DNA of 64,000 nucleotides. Source: Calcarisporiella thermophila CBS 279.70. Taxonomy: Eukaryota; Fungi; Calcarisporiellomycota. The stretch spans positions 298,421-362,420 of the forward strand of contig NW_027192215.1 in the NCBI RefSeq assembly GCF_041956535.1. The letters run 5' to 3'. Position 1 is the first letter of the stretch. Each line of letters begins with the position of its first letter. The position numbers were made by a program, and so were the translations under genes. Below the pieces are notes generated by a model that saw only the letters and a program-made list of their open reading frames with translations, did not search any database and was not told the origin of the DNA. Positions 27,313 to 37,554 of the stretch are shown piece after piece.

Positions 27313-27700
27313 TTATATTTTGATTAATATTATAGTTTTGACATAAAGTGCGTTCTGGCTCAAAATGTCGGAAAAAAAGTCATAACATTCCTTCTTTTTG
27401 CTTTCGACGCATACCTCACACATATCGGTATTCTTGCACGCTTTCTTAAAGTTTTTCGGAATTATAGAATAAAATTTTTGATATGGAGATCTTGAAATCA
27501 AATTAGAAATTTTAAATCATTTGAATTTTCAGCTTTGTATCGTTCATATACCGAACCTGGATATATCTCTCACCATCATACCCTTTGTCAGTTTCTTCTT
27601 CTATTACATCACCTCTTTTCCTTTTCAAAACTTTATCTGTTGCAATCCGAGATGACTCCATAAGAAAATCCAAAACAGCTTTGGGCATTAAAAAGCCAGG
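27313..27700 (-). mobile_element. Possible decayed DNA-transposon fragment (Sola-like Cys motif)
   Basis: Broken frame reading RYMNDTKLKI...ISRS..KFYSIIPKNFKKACKNTDMCEVC resembles the F..P....TDxCxxC segment of some DNA transposases. No TIRs or catalytic core seen. Confidence 0.3.
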
Positions 27701-28620
27701 TACAATTAAGAATAAGCAAAGGTTCTAATAGGAATTTTTTGAAGGAATATTCACCTGGTTCACGCTTCATTGCTCAGTTTGTTTCTAGAGAGGGAGTTGT
27801 ACCATTCTGTTTATTCGACTGTCCCCCATTCAATCGTGTGCCGTCTATATTTAATATATAATAGCAAATTAGTAGAAAGTAAATAATGGTTTGTAACTAG
27901 ACATTAGCTTATGAGGTAAGCGATACATATTTCGATTTAACTACTCGAGCAGTACGTGATTTGTTATTATCAAACCTAAAGCCCAGCCGCCTTAGAAATT
28001 CCCGTGGAAACCCCTCAGAAACTAAGAAAACAGCTGTTTCTTTGCTCATGTCTTTCACCTCTCTGTAGGACGGTAAGTTGACTTAGGGTATGAAGATAAG
28101 AATTATCTGTATGTTTTAGCAAATGAGCATATAATGCATCCCATCTCTGAAATGAAAAGTGAATTGAGTAATGCTGTCCAATTGCTCTTTGTAAGCAAGA
28201 AAAGATAAAGCATCTTTTAAAATCGCCTTGCCATTTTTCCGTTTAACATTTGGCAAGAAATGGGTCCCTAACTATGAAATAAAACGGGAAATGGAAGTCG
28301 AAAGAGTTGCAATAATTTGATGACGAGAAGTTGAAGAACGCAAAACAAAAGTATTCTAGAATTATTTCTCTAGTAATCAAATTTATAAAAGATATATCAA
28401 CAGTTGCAGATACTTCTGATACACTGATTTTTCTATTTCTAAATCCAGTATATCTGCTCAGACTTGGAGTCACCTTTTAAATTTCAAAAGGGTGAATATT
28501 TTGTTAGCAAGCATTTCAAAAATCGAACCTGAATAGCCCAAATTAAATTTGACTCGGAGTACTTGTGACTAAAATATCTATGACTTTTATTACCCTTAAG
28601 CTTTCACGGTATATAGAGCT

Positions 28621-28635
28621 TTGTCCTTGAGAAAA
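28621..28635 (+). promoter_or_regulatory. Orphan TTGTCCTTGAGAAAA motif with no + strand gene behind it
   Basis: Exact match with conserved flanks (aagctttcacggtatatagagc...aactctataatggc). It faces the 3' end of the inverted GPCR copy. Confidence 0.6.
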
Positions 28636-28714
28636 GTTAACTCTATAATGGCAGTAAAAAAGAGGATCAGAACACCCCCATTAACATTTTAATATTTTCT
28701 AATAGGACACTGCC

Positions 28715-29884
28715 TCATAAAAACTTTAAGTTGTATCCGTCTGAGTAACAAGTATTGGGGGTGTTCACGCTTCCGCTGACCCTTCTAACTCGAGCTGTAG
28801 ACAGCACATTATCTGTTAGAGCCGACTTGCTCTTTAAATTATTCCATATCCATGGTTTTGTCTGAAGTATGGTATCTCCTTCATCCAACCTGGTGGATGC
28901 ATATGAGATACTTCGCGATTTTGACTGCGAATATGTTGTTTTCTTTAAAAACTCGCTGATAGCATTTGAAAAAGACGGATTAAACAAAAATATGATGAAA
29001 TTGAAGACGCCTAACATTCCAGTCAAGATTGCCTTCACTTTCCCAGTAGCATTGCCCAAAGGTGTATTACGAGTGATGGTGAAATTTACATAATGAATTA
29101 TGCACTCGGCTGGCATACACAATATGAGCACTACTGGATATCCTAGTAGTCGCAGCACGGACATTATCATAAGCCGTTCTCTGAGGCGGTTCTTTTCTCC
29201 GTGGATATCTTTTTCTTTCTTCACGCGAAATACCATACTAAAAACCTTAATCACGCAAGCAAAAATGATCGTGAAGGAGTATAAAACACATCCAGAGATT
29301 ACGCCAATGAACACCACCACTCTGGCAAGATTGGCTTCATATGGCCATTCATACGTGACTCTTTGCTATTATGTTAATAGTGTTGCTGGAATTAATATAC
29401 AGAATATTAAATTTTATATCTAAGGAAAACTCGCATGTTTCGAATCGTATATCATAGTCGCATAGAAAAGAATAGGGGACGACAAACCGAATGAGACCGT
29501 TGTTGCAAATAAAAGGTACCATTTCTGGTACTTTTGTATAGTGATTTTATGGTGAAAGACAGAAAGTTGCAGGTCAAAAGCAATGCTCACTGTAAGCAGC
29601 GAGAACCACATTGGGAAAAAGTAAAATGACCATACAAGAATTCGACCTAGCCAAATGTTATTAGGAATGACTGCATCCAGAAAATCTAGCTCTGTGTACA
29701 TGATATAAAAACTCCGGTACAGAACATCAGAGAGACCAATCCAGAAGCTGAGTCTAAAGGAAACACTACGTGTGGCCTGAGGCTGTGTGAAGCGAAGAAA
29801 AGCCACAAGGATCATTATGAGAGTAGCGCAAACAATCGAGGCAAAGTTAATGGCTAGTTCACCATCGGGAATGTCGAATTTCAT
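28715..29884 (-). CDS. 7TM GPCR, subfamily B, inverted and truncated within the fusion linker, 366 aa (exons 29884-29435, 29365-28715; GC-AG intron)
   Basis: 7TM intact. The tail matches the fusion linker (SKSRSISYASTRLDEGD...WIW...VLSTARV) and then diverges abruptly to a stop. The donor at the conserved intron position reads GCGAGT. Confidence 0.75.
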
Positions 29885-30047
29885 TTCCAAATACCTGTTA
29901 ATAATACTTTACAAAATAATTGGTTTCATTGTTTCATGTTCTAATAATTTTGGGCTTACTTGTTTAATGAATGCAAAGATTGAAAATGTTCTAAGCAGTT
30001 AAACTGATCAGCCTGTCTAGTTTTATACAGGCATTATTAAGGTTTAT

Positions 30048-30062
30048 TTTTCTCAAGGACAA
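30048..30062 (-). promoter_or_regulatory. TTGTCCTTGAGAAAA motif of the inverted GPCR copy
   Basis: Reverse complement ttttctcaaggacaa, beginning 178 bp upstream of ATG 29884. Confidence 0.65.
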
Positions 30063-30804
30063 AATACTTTATACCACTGAATCTTGTAGGTTTAATAAGG
30101 TTACCAAATTAAGCAAAGTATTGATTTGAAAATGGACAGTTTTGGTCTATATATTGTAAAGACGAATCATATATATTTAACATATCTTCAGAGAAACTAT
30201 CTAAATTTTATTATTCTAATGAGTAGATATAGGATAATAATTTAAATATTTTTCAAATTATCCACTACATAATAAATAAGGGCCTTCATCCTCAACCATT
30301 TGACCATTGTTAAACAGTAATCAGTCAGATGTACAAACTAATCTACGTGGGTTCAAATCCTACTTTCCCTATCAACGCTCACTCCTCAGTTATGGCCACT
30401 GCTCACTTAATCATTTGTGAGATTTTATTACTGGAAAGATTGCTCCTACATTGATTACATCGATTTCACCTACACGTTATTCACGGGCAACATCGATACT
30501 TATCAATCAAGATCTAGTGCCTTAAGAATTTGTTTATTATTACAATTAAGTGCTGAAATTATAAAATAAAATTAAAAAGTAAACATTATACATTGAAGGT
30601 GATTAATAAAATTGTTAGTTATATAACATTCACATATGTTCTACTTTGAACCCAACCGGCATATCCTATTCTATCCCGATTATACTCTATCTGCTCATTG
30701 CCTTCCCTTACCAGGTTTATCTTAAATGGTTTCCGGCCATAGGTACTCACTACATCAATGCGGATACTCTCAGTACTTTATTCTCAATAAATATAAATTT
30801 TTCC

Positions 30805-31133
30805 ACCAAATTACTGATGGAAGTCGGTATATGACCTTTTCCACCACTTGTTTGAATGTTACCAAGAGGGTCTTATTTTTCATCACAGTTCACAACACAT
30901 TACATGCACGTGACATTAACCCATCATGGACGTGTAGAATTGGCGAATATCTGAGGTTCATCGGTGCTGAAGATGTAAATTCTCTCTCCCTGACATTTCC
31001 GTTTAATGGGCTATCTGGAGAAGATGAGAAGCTTGGAATGGATTATTGGATGCAATTTCTGAGTGCAATGAGGCCGCATCTTACTCAAGTGATGTATATC
31101 CGTCCCGAAGAATATGACTATCCTATTAATTAG
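30805..31133 (+). pseudogene. Orphan 3' fragment of the methyltransferase module (end of exon 6, intron, most of exon 7)
   Basis: ITDG|gt...ag|HNTLHARDINPSWTCRIGEYLRF...YWMQFLSAMRPHLTQVMYIRPEEYD, then a premature end. Upstream exons are absent. Confidence 0.85.
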
Positions 31134-31541
31134 AGCCTATGTTGGCTCTAGGGGGTTCAAGAGCTGTAGAAAAAGGCCACCAACATAACCTGGTGTACTT
31201 TAAGATAGGTTAGCAACTCTATATTACACTATTGGGAGAAGGGAAAATTTTGCATTGGGCTTCCTTTTGGAAGCCTCAAGAATAAAAAAGGAGTATTCAT
31301 TGCATCAAAAATGAATGTATAGAATGTATATTGGTAGAGTTATTAGCTCTCAAAAAAAAAAAGGACATATTATACTACCTATTTTTCTGGACCAATCAAA
31401 CTTCGTAATCCTTATTTCCGGATATATTACTGTATGTCTGATTCATCTTGGAATCTCCCAAATTATAATCAAGTATCTAGTACATATAAAGGAAGTGTGA
31501 CTTTAAAGTCTAAGTGTAACGAAGTTTTGAGATACAGAGCT

Positions 31542-31556
31542 TTGTCCCTGAGAAAA
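31542..31556 (+). promoter_or_regulatory. Variant motif TTGTCCCTGAGAAAA
   Basis: Begins 188 bp upstream of ATG 31730. Confidence 0.6.
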
Positions 31557-31729
31557 GAGAACTCAATAATGGCGAAATAAAAGTAGAGAAATGCGCAGAT
31601 GGATGCAGGTAAGCCCACACACCCTAACTCTCCTTCATTTTATTAGTAAGACTATCCAATAATACTAATTAAAAAAAATATTGTAATTAATACATTTTAA
31701 AATTTTCGATAATTTACAGGAATCTGGAG

Positions 31730-34193
31730 ATGAGGTTCGATATATCAGATGGGGAACTAGCGATCAATTTCGCGTCAATAATATGTGCTACATTTATTAT
31801 GGTTCTTGTCATATTTCTTCAATATACTCAGCCCCAGGCCACACGCAGTGTCTCTTTTAGACTCAGTTTTTGGATTGGTCTCGCGGATGCTCTCTACCGA
31901 AGTTCTTACATCATATATACCGAACTAGATTTCTTAGATGCAATCATGCCAAACCACATCTGGTTAGGTCGAGTTATTTTATGGTCTTTTCATTTCTTTC
32001 CAATGTGGTTCTCACTACTTACAGTGAGCATTGCCTTCGACCTGCAATTTTCCGTATTCCACCAGCACATACCCATACAGAGATTTCAAAGATGGTATCT
32101 CTTATTTGCAACCTTGGTCGCATTTGGCCTATCTTCTCCAGTTTTATTCTATGCAAGTATGAGATATGACGCGAATACTGTGAGTCTACCTCACATATCA
32201 ACTAATGCTCTCCAGACATGTTCCCACTAACCTTGTTCTCTATGGATTAGAAAAGAGTCATTTATGAATGGTCTTATGAGGCCAATCTTATCAGAGTAGT
32301 GGTGTTCATTATTGTTGTGTCCCTCTGCGTATTATACTCCTTCTCCATCATATTTGCCTGCGTGTTAAAAGTTTTTTTATTGATAATTCGCGAGAGACGA
32401 GAAAAAAATCTCCACGGAGACAAGAATCGTGGTAGGGAATGGCTTGTAATGATGTCAGCTCTTCGGCTCCTTGGATATCCTCTGGTACTCATAATATGTT
32501 TGCCACCTGAATGCATAATGCATTATATCATCATTTCCAAGACTCGCAATACAGTATTTGGTGATTTCACGGGGAGAGCGAAAGCGATCTTAACAGGAAT
32601 TCAGGGAATTCTCAATCTAATCATCTTTTTGTTCAACCCAACTTTTACAAGTGCACTGAAGGAGTTCTTCATTAACAAACCGGTGGGATTTCCGTCAAAA
32701 TCACAAAGTGTCTCCTACGCCTCGACAAGGATGAATGGGGTAGACACGATACCGCATTTTGGATCCTGGATATGGAAGCAATCTGCTAGCAAATTGGATC
32801 CCATATGTGAAAATATGTCTCCTACTTCTAAAAGGGTTAAATTTGCAAATGTACCAGAGATGAAGAAAGGAAAGATGTCAAATATTGGAGATGCATTGCA
32901 ATCCAACCCCTCAATAACAGTCACATCAGATCAGAAACAGTTTGTATTTTCACCAACAGATATACCGGAATCCCAACCTAATGACCGAAACAAATGGATA
33001 ATGGGACGACGGTTTTGTGCCGATTTGGGTATCTTTCATTTCATAGTGTTGCTGTGAGCATGTGATCACTGACTTTTACTATGCAGGGATACATTACATC
33101 TTGCCAAATGACGAGGAAGAGATAGACCGATTGATTAGCCAGCACTTTTTCTTTCGGTATGAATTTCATACGCATATATTAACTGAAGCATCTGCTTTAA
33201 GATTTTCCATTATTAGATCACTATTCTCCAATCGCAATTTTCTCTCTCCAGTTCAAGATATCCTGAGAGATGGAGCAATGGTTTTGGATTTAGGGTAAGT
33301 GTGCATATACAGATGCTTTTAGATATTCTTTCTCAGCGTTTCCTATCGTTGCTAGGTGTGGACCTGGCACATGGATCATGGAGATGGCTACCGAATTCCC
33401 GAGAAGCCAGTTTCACGGCATCGACATATGTGACTTGTTCCCTCAGCAAATCAGACCGGACAATTGTCATTTCCAAGTTGCGAACATCCTTAAGGGACTG
33501 CCGTTTGAAAACGCGCTGTTTGATTTTATATACATCCGATGCGTGAGTCTAGCAGTGTTCCAGAGCGAATGGGCTGGTGTGATTACAGAGATACTCCGAG
33601 TCCTGAAACCTGGAGGCTATTTAGAATTTGTAGAAGCGGGTAAGAGACTACCAAGAGCTAACGCGTCGCTCACAAAACTGACATATTTCACCTAACTTCT
33701 GTAGATTATGCGATTCAGTGTGAGGGGAAATCTCTCCAGAAGATTGCAGATGGAAGTCAGTTTAAAAACTTTTACCGTAGCTTATTTGAATGAGACTAAG
33801 AGGCAATTATTATTCATCATAGTTTACAACTCATTACGTGCACGAGATATTCATCCATCGTGGACACGTAGAATAGGCGAATATCTAAGGTCGATTAGCG
33901 TTGAAGATATAAGTTCTCTATCTCAGCCCTTTCTCGCTAGCATTTTCTCTGGAAAAGATGGGGAGCGTGGGGTGGTTTACTGGATGCAGTTTCTAAGTGC
34001 ATTGAAGCCGCATCTTGCTCAAGTGATGTACATCAGCTCTGAAGAGTACGACGAACTACAACAATGTATCTGTCGGGAACTGAGCACAGAGCGTATCCAA
34101 ATTGATGTAGTATGTACATACGGCCGAAAATCAGGTTACATTGACCAGGCAGAGGAGAATGAAGATCAAATAGAAATATACTCGGATGGATAA
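31730..34193 (+). CDS. 7TM GPCR-LaeA-like SAM-dependent methyltransferase fusion, 693 aa (exons 31730-32179, 32251-33028, 33087-33156, 33217-33294, 33356-33639, 33705-33755, 33823-34193)
   Basis: Exons sum to 2082 nt with an open frame. GRRFCADLG|IHYILPNDEEEIDRLISQH, VLDLGCGPGTW, FHGIDI, LPFENALFDFIYIR and RVLKPGGYLEFVE. Confidence 0.88.
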
Positions 34194-34549
34194 GGTCGGC
34201 AGAGTCAGCTAGGCTTAATGTAGAATGTATCGAAGCTGTCATTGCATTCCAAAATATTTCTAATGTAAATGCATGAATTGGCTGGCAGTATTAGTGGAAA
34301 ACCTGGAGCTGATTGATATGATATTTATTTTAACTTAATGTACTTTAAATCCTTTCTTATTCTGTATATTTTCAACTTAGCTCTAGAATTAATGCCCATT
34401 AATATACCCAGCTAAAATGCGACCTAACGAACTATTACAAGTTTGCTGGATTTGAAGGAAAGTGTGACCGAATATTGAGAATAAAACTAGCAAGTTTTTA
34501 TATTCCCAATCTTAGAAGAGATTTCTCCCTTAAGATTATCTTGAAAAAA

Positions 34550-35050
34550 ACATCCGTGGTATGGAGTGTTTTATCACTGGGATAATTTTAGGCCTCAACG
34601 CTGGATAACAAAATATAAATTTATTCAAGCTTACAATATATATTTTATATTCAATGGGATATATCCAAAATGAAATCATATTATAGCACTGGCAACATAA
34701 GATGTGCAATGTTATTCTTAACCTCATCCTTTACTCCTCGATTACCTTTTTATCCCAGCGTGGCTATTGCTTTAGTAAAGGTGCTTCGAATATGCAGTGA
34801 AAAAGCTCCACGTAGAGCGATGAATCATAATAGGGAACGACTTGTAATATATTCTACTTTGAATATCATGTTTTTCCTAGTTGCCATCAAATGTCTTCCA
34901 GCCGAATTACTTATTACACATGCTAATTATTATACATTCATGCAACATTCCCCTGTGGCTATTCTATTGCACGAGCTAACATTGTCTTGATTAGGAAACA
35001 AAGTATTGTCTAATCCTCTTTTTGCTCAAGCAACCGATGTTCTCTAATAC
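34550..35050 (+). pseudogene. Decayed GPCR fragment (TM5-TM6 region)
   Basis: ALVKVLRICSEK...NHNRERLVIYSTL...CLPAELLITH resembles subfamily B KVF...REK...NRERL.MMS.LR...CLPAECIMHY. Confidence 0.55.
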
Positions 35051-37554
35051 GCTCTTCTGGGATGAGACAACTAAGAATGATTTTTTTCTATAATATTCGG
35101 ATCAGACTGCCGTAAATAACAATTATACCAAGATGTATCCGCTTACACTACTATACGATAATTTTATATCTTATAAAATTCGCCTATTAACTTCCTAGTA
35201 CGAAGATTTGAGTTTAGATTGAATTATGGAGTTTTTTTTTGTGCCAAATTGATACCAGCAATTATTCAAAAACTTTGACAAAATCGAGTATATTTATTCT
35301 TTTGAAATTAGTCTAAGTTGTAATTAGGTATACAAGAAGACTCTCTCTCGTTAATTTTCTCTTGGATCTAACTGCACCACCTGAAAGTACAGGATGGATT
35401 AGATGGGCGATTATATTCTGAAAATTTTTTAAAGAAACTAGAGTGATCCAAGCTACTCAAATATTTAAGGTAACCCGACACCAGAGATTCGAAATATTTT
35501 TTTCTTTCTCTTTTAAAAGAATGTATAGGCAAAAAAAAATTGGAGGCCGCAAAAAAAATCTCATCGCGAGAATCCAGCAATACGGCGCTGTGCGAAACTC
35601 GCATTTGATTTACGTAAGAAGAAAGGACTTAGTGCGTTAGATGTAAATACATTATCTGCAACCGAGAAATGGCGATTTGAAATGGAAGTCAATCGACTGT
35701 TTAGGAAGTGGGCACATAGGCAACATGCGCGAGGGGCTTTAAAAATTGATGAAGATGGCGTAATACGCGATGCAACACCTGACGAGGTATTTCGGCGAGC
35801 TGAGATTACAAGCGATTCATGTCTTTCTCCAAATCCAAAAGCAACTTTTAGTCCTTCATCCACTCCCCCTCCAGAAGGACTCGATAACTTTCAGAAGCAA
35901 TATGTAACGGCACCCCTTACTTGAGCTTTACTTTTCCGGCTGGAGAGAGATTCACATTCTACGATATTTACGAGAAGAGAAAGGCGAGTCTCGGGAAAGG
36001 AACAAACGTTCAAATTGAAACGAATTATCCGACAAATTTTCGCAAAGGAATGCAGGATATTATATGGAAATATTAAGTTTGTTGCTTCGACTAATAATGC
36101 ATGAGATAGCTCCTGGCACAAGCTTAGATGTAATTGATTTAGTAATAACACCTTGAATTACGCGGCGATATATCCCAGAGGACTTGGAGTGCAACTCAGA
36201 GAGAGTGGAAACAATGCTGGACGAGTTCAATACTATGAATTATGGAATGGACTTTGATTAAAACCAAGTATTGCGTCTTACCGAAAACTTTCTCTCACGC
36301 TGGCAAACCCGTAACAGAGACCCAGCATCCGACATAGAATATACGACTGAAGCAACTCATATACTTGACAAACTTGTTTAAAATTTTGAAAAAAAAAAAA
36401 AGCTTATTTCATCTCAGCCCATCTTCCGATTTTGGCCCTATGCTTCCCGTTACATCTCATTGCTCAGTAATACAATTATATTCTATCTGCTTATAGATAG
36501 AATTGATCCAGAATTGCAGTAGTATTTTTCTCATCAAATTACCTAGCTCAAACCCCCAAAACATCTGTGAGAACTTTGTAAGAATCCTGTATTGACCCTA
36601 AATAGACACAGTACGCTGAAATGGAGTAACACTTTAATCAAAGGCTAAATGCTAAAAGACTCTGGTGCAGTAGCTTACATCAAACATATCATTAAAGCTT
36701 CGTAGCAACGGCATCAATTCTTGATATTACTCTAAGAAAAGCAATCCGCAGGTAAACAGAAATATATGCCAAATAAAATTTGGTTAACTGCTATTTGTCC
36801 CTTTAGAACAACCCTTTGAAGTACAGCACACAATTATTATTCGAATCGACCTGCAGAAATCGGGTTATTACGCTCTGGGACAAGTTTCGGTAATCCAAGC
36901 AGCTTATTCACCCTGGCTTGAGAACAAGGATCATAAGTGCAGAGGCTTGAAAGTCGGTGAGTTTCTGTTGACGTGATGCATGTATTATTATTCTCAGAGC
37001 AAAAATTGGTTGTAGTTTAACGTGGTCTTTGCTAAACATTTGATGGTAAAGGAGGAGCTCACACAAGAAAAAAAGAGTGTTTCAAACCAACCTGCTTGGC
37101 TGGGATTAGAGTTAATTTGTTTTATACCTATTTATACATTCGGTTTGTCTTCAATAGGATAATGGGCAATTAGTGTGAGGTGATTTGTTTTTTTTTATGC
37201 CAAGTGTCTGCTGACCCGACTCCATGGTAAAACTCTGGAAACCGGCCAGGTCAATGCTGTGCTGTACTGCTAACGCAATACTAGAGTAGACAGGTGTGAA
37301 ATTTCAGATAAGATAGGGTATCTGTCCTTTAAACCGAGAGCTCAAAATTTGTGCCTCCAGATATTAATTTGATGGGTTTTGGGAATCGCCAATAGCGTGC
37401 TTTCCCCACCCAATGGGCCACAATTTAAAATTGACCCTTATTTCAAGGATTACATTTTGCATGCTGATCAGATATATATACTTCTGTCAAAGTGGCAAGC
37501 ATGCATCTCCGAACGACTCTCCGTTCACTCGGCCTTTTCTCGGTTTAGGCCAGC

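Noticed and set aside
30320-30372. tRNA-like T-arm (gtgggttcaaatcctac), possibly an organellar insertion
   Set aside because: I could not fold a D-arm, anticodon arm or acceptor stem. tRNAscan-SE or a mitogenome BLAST would be needed.
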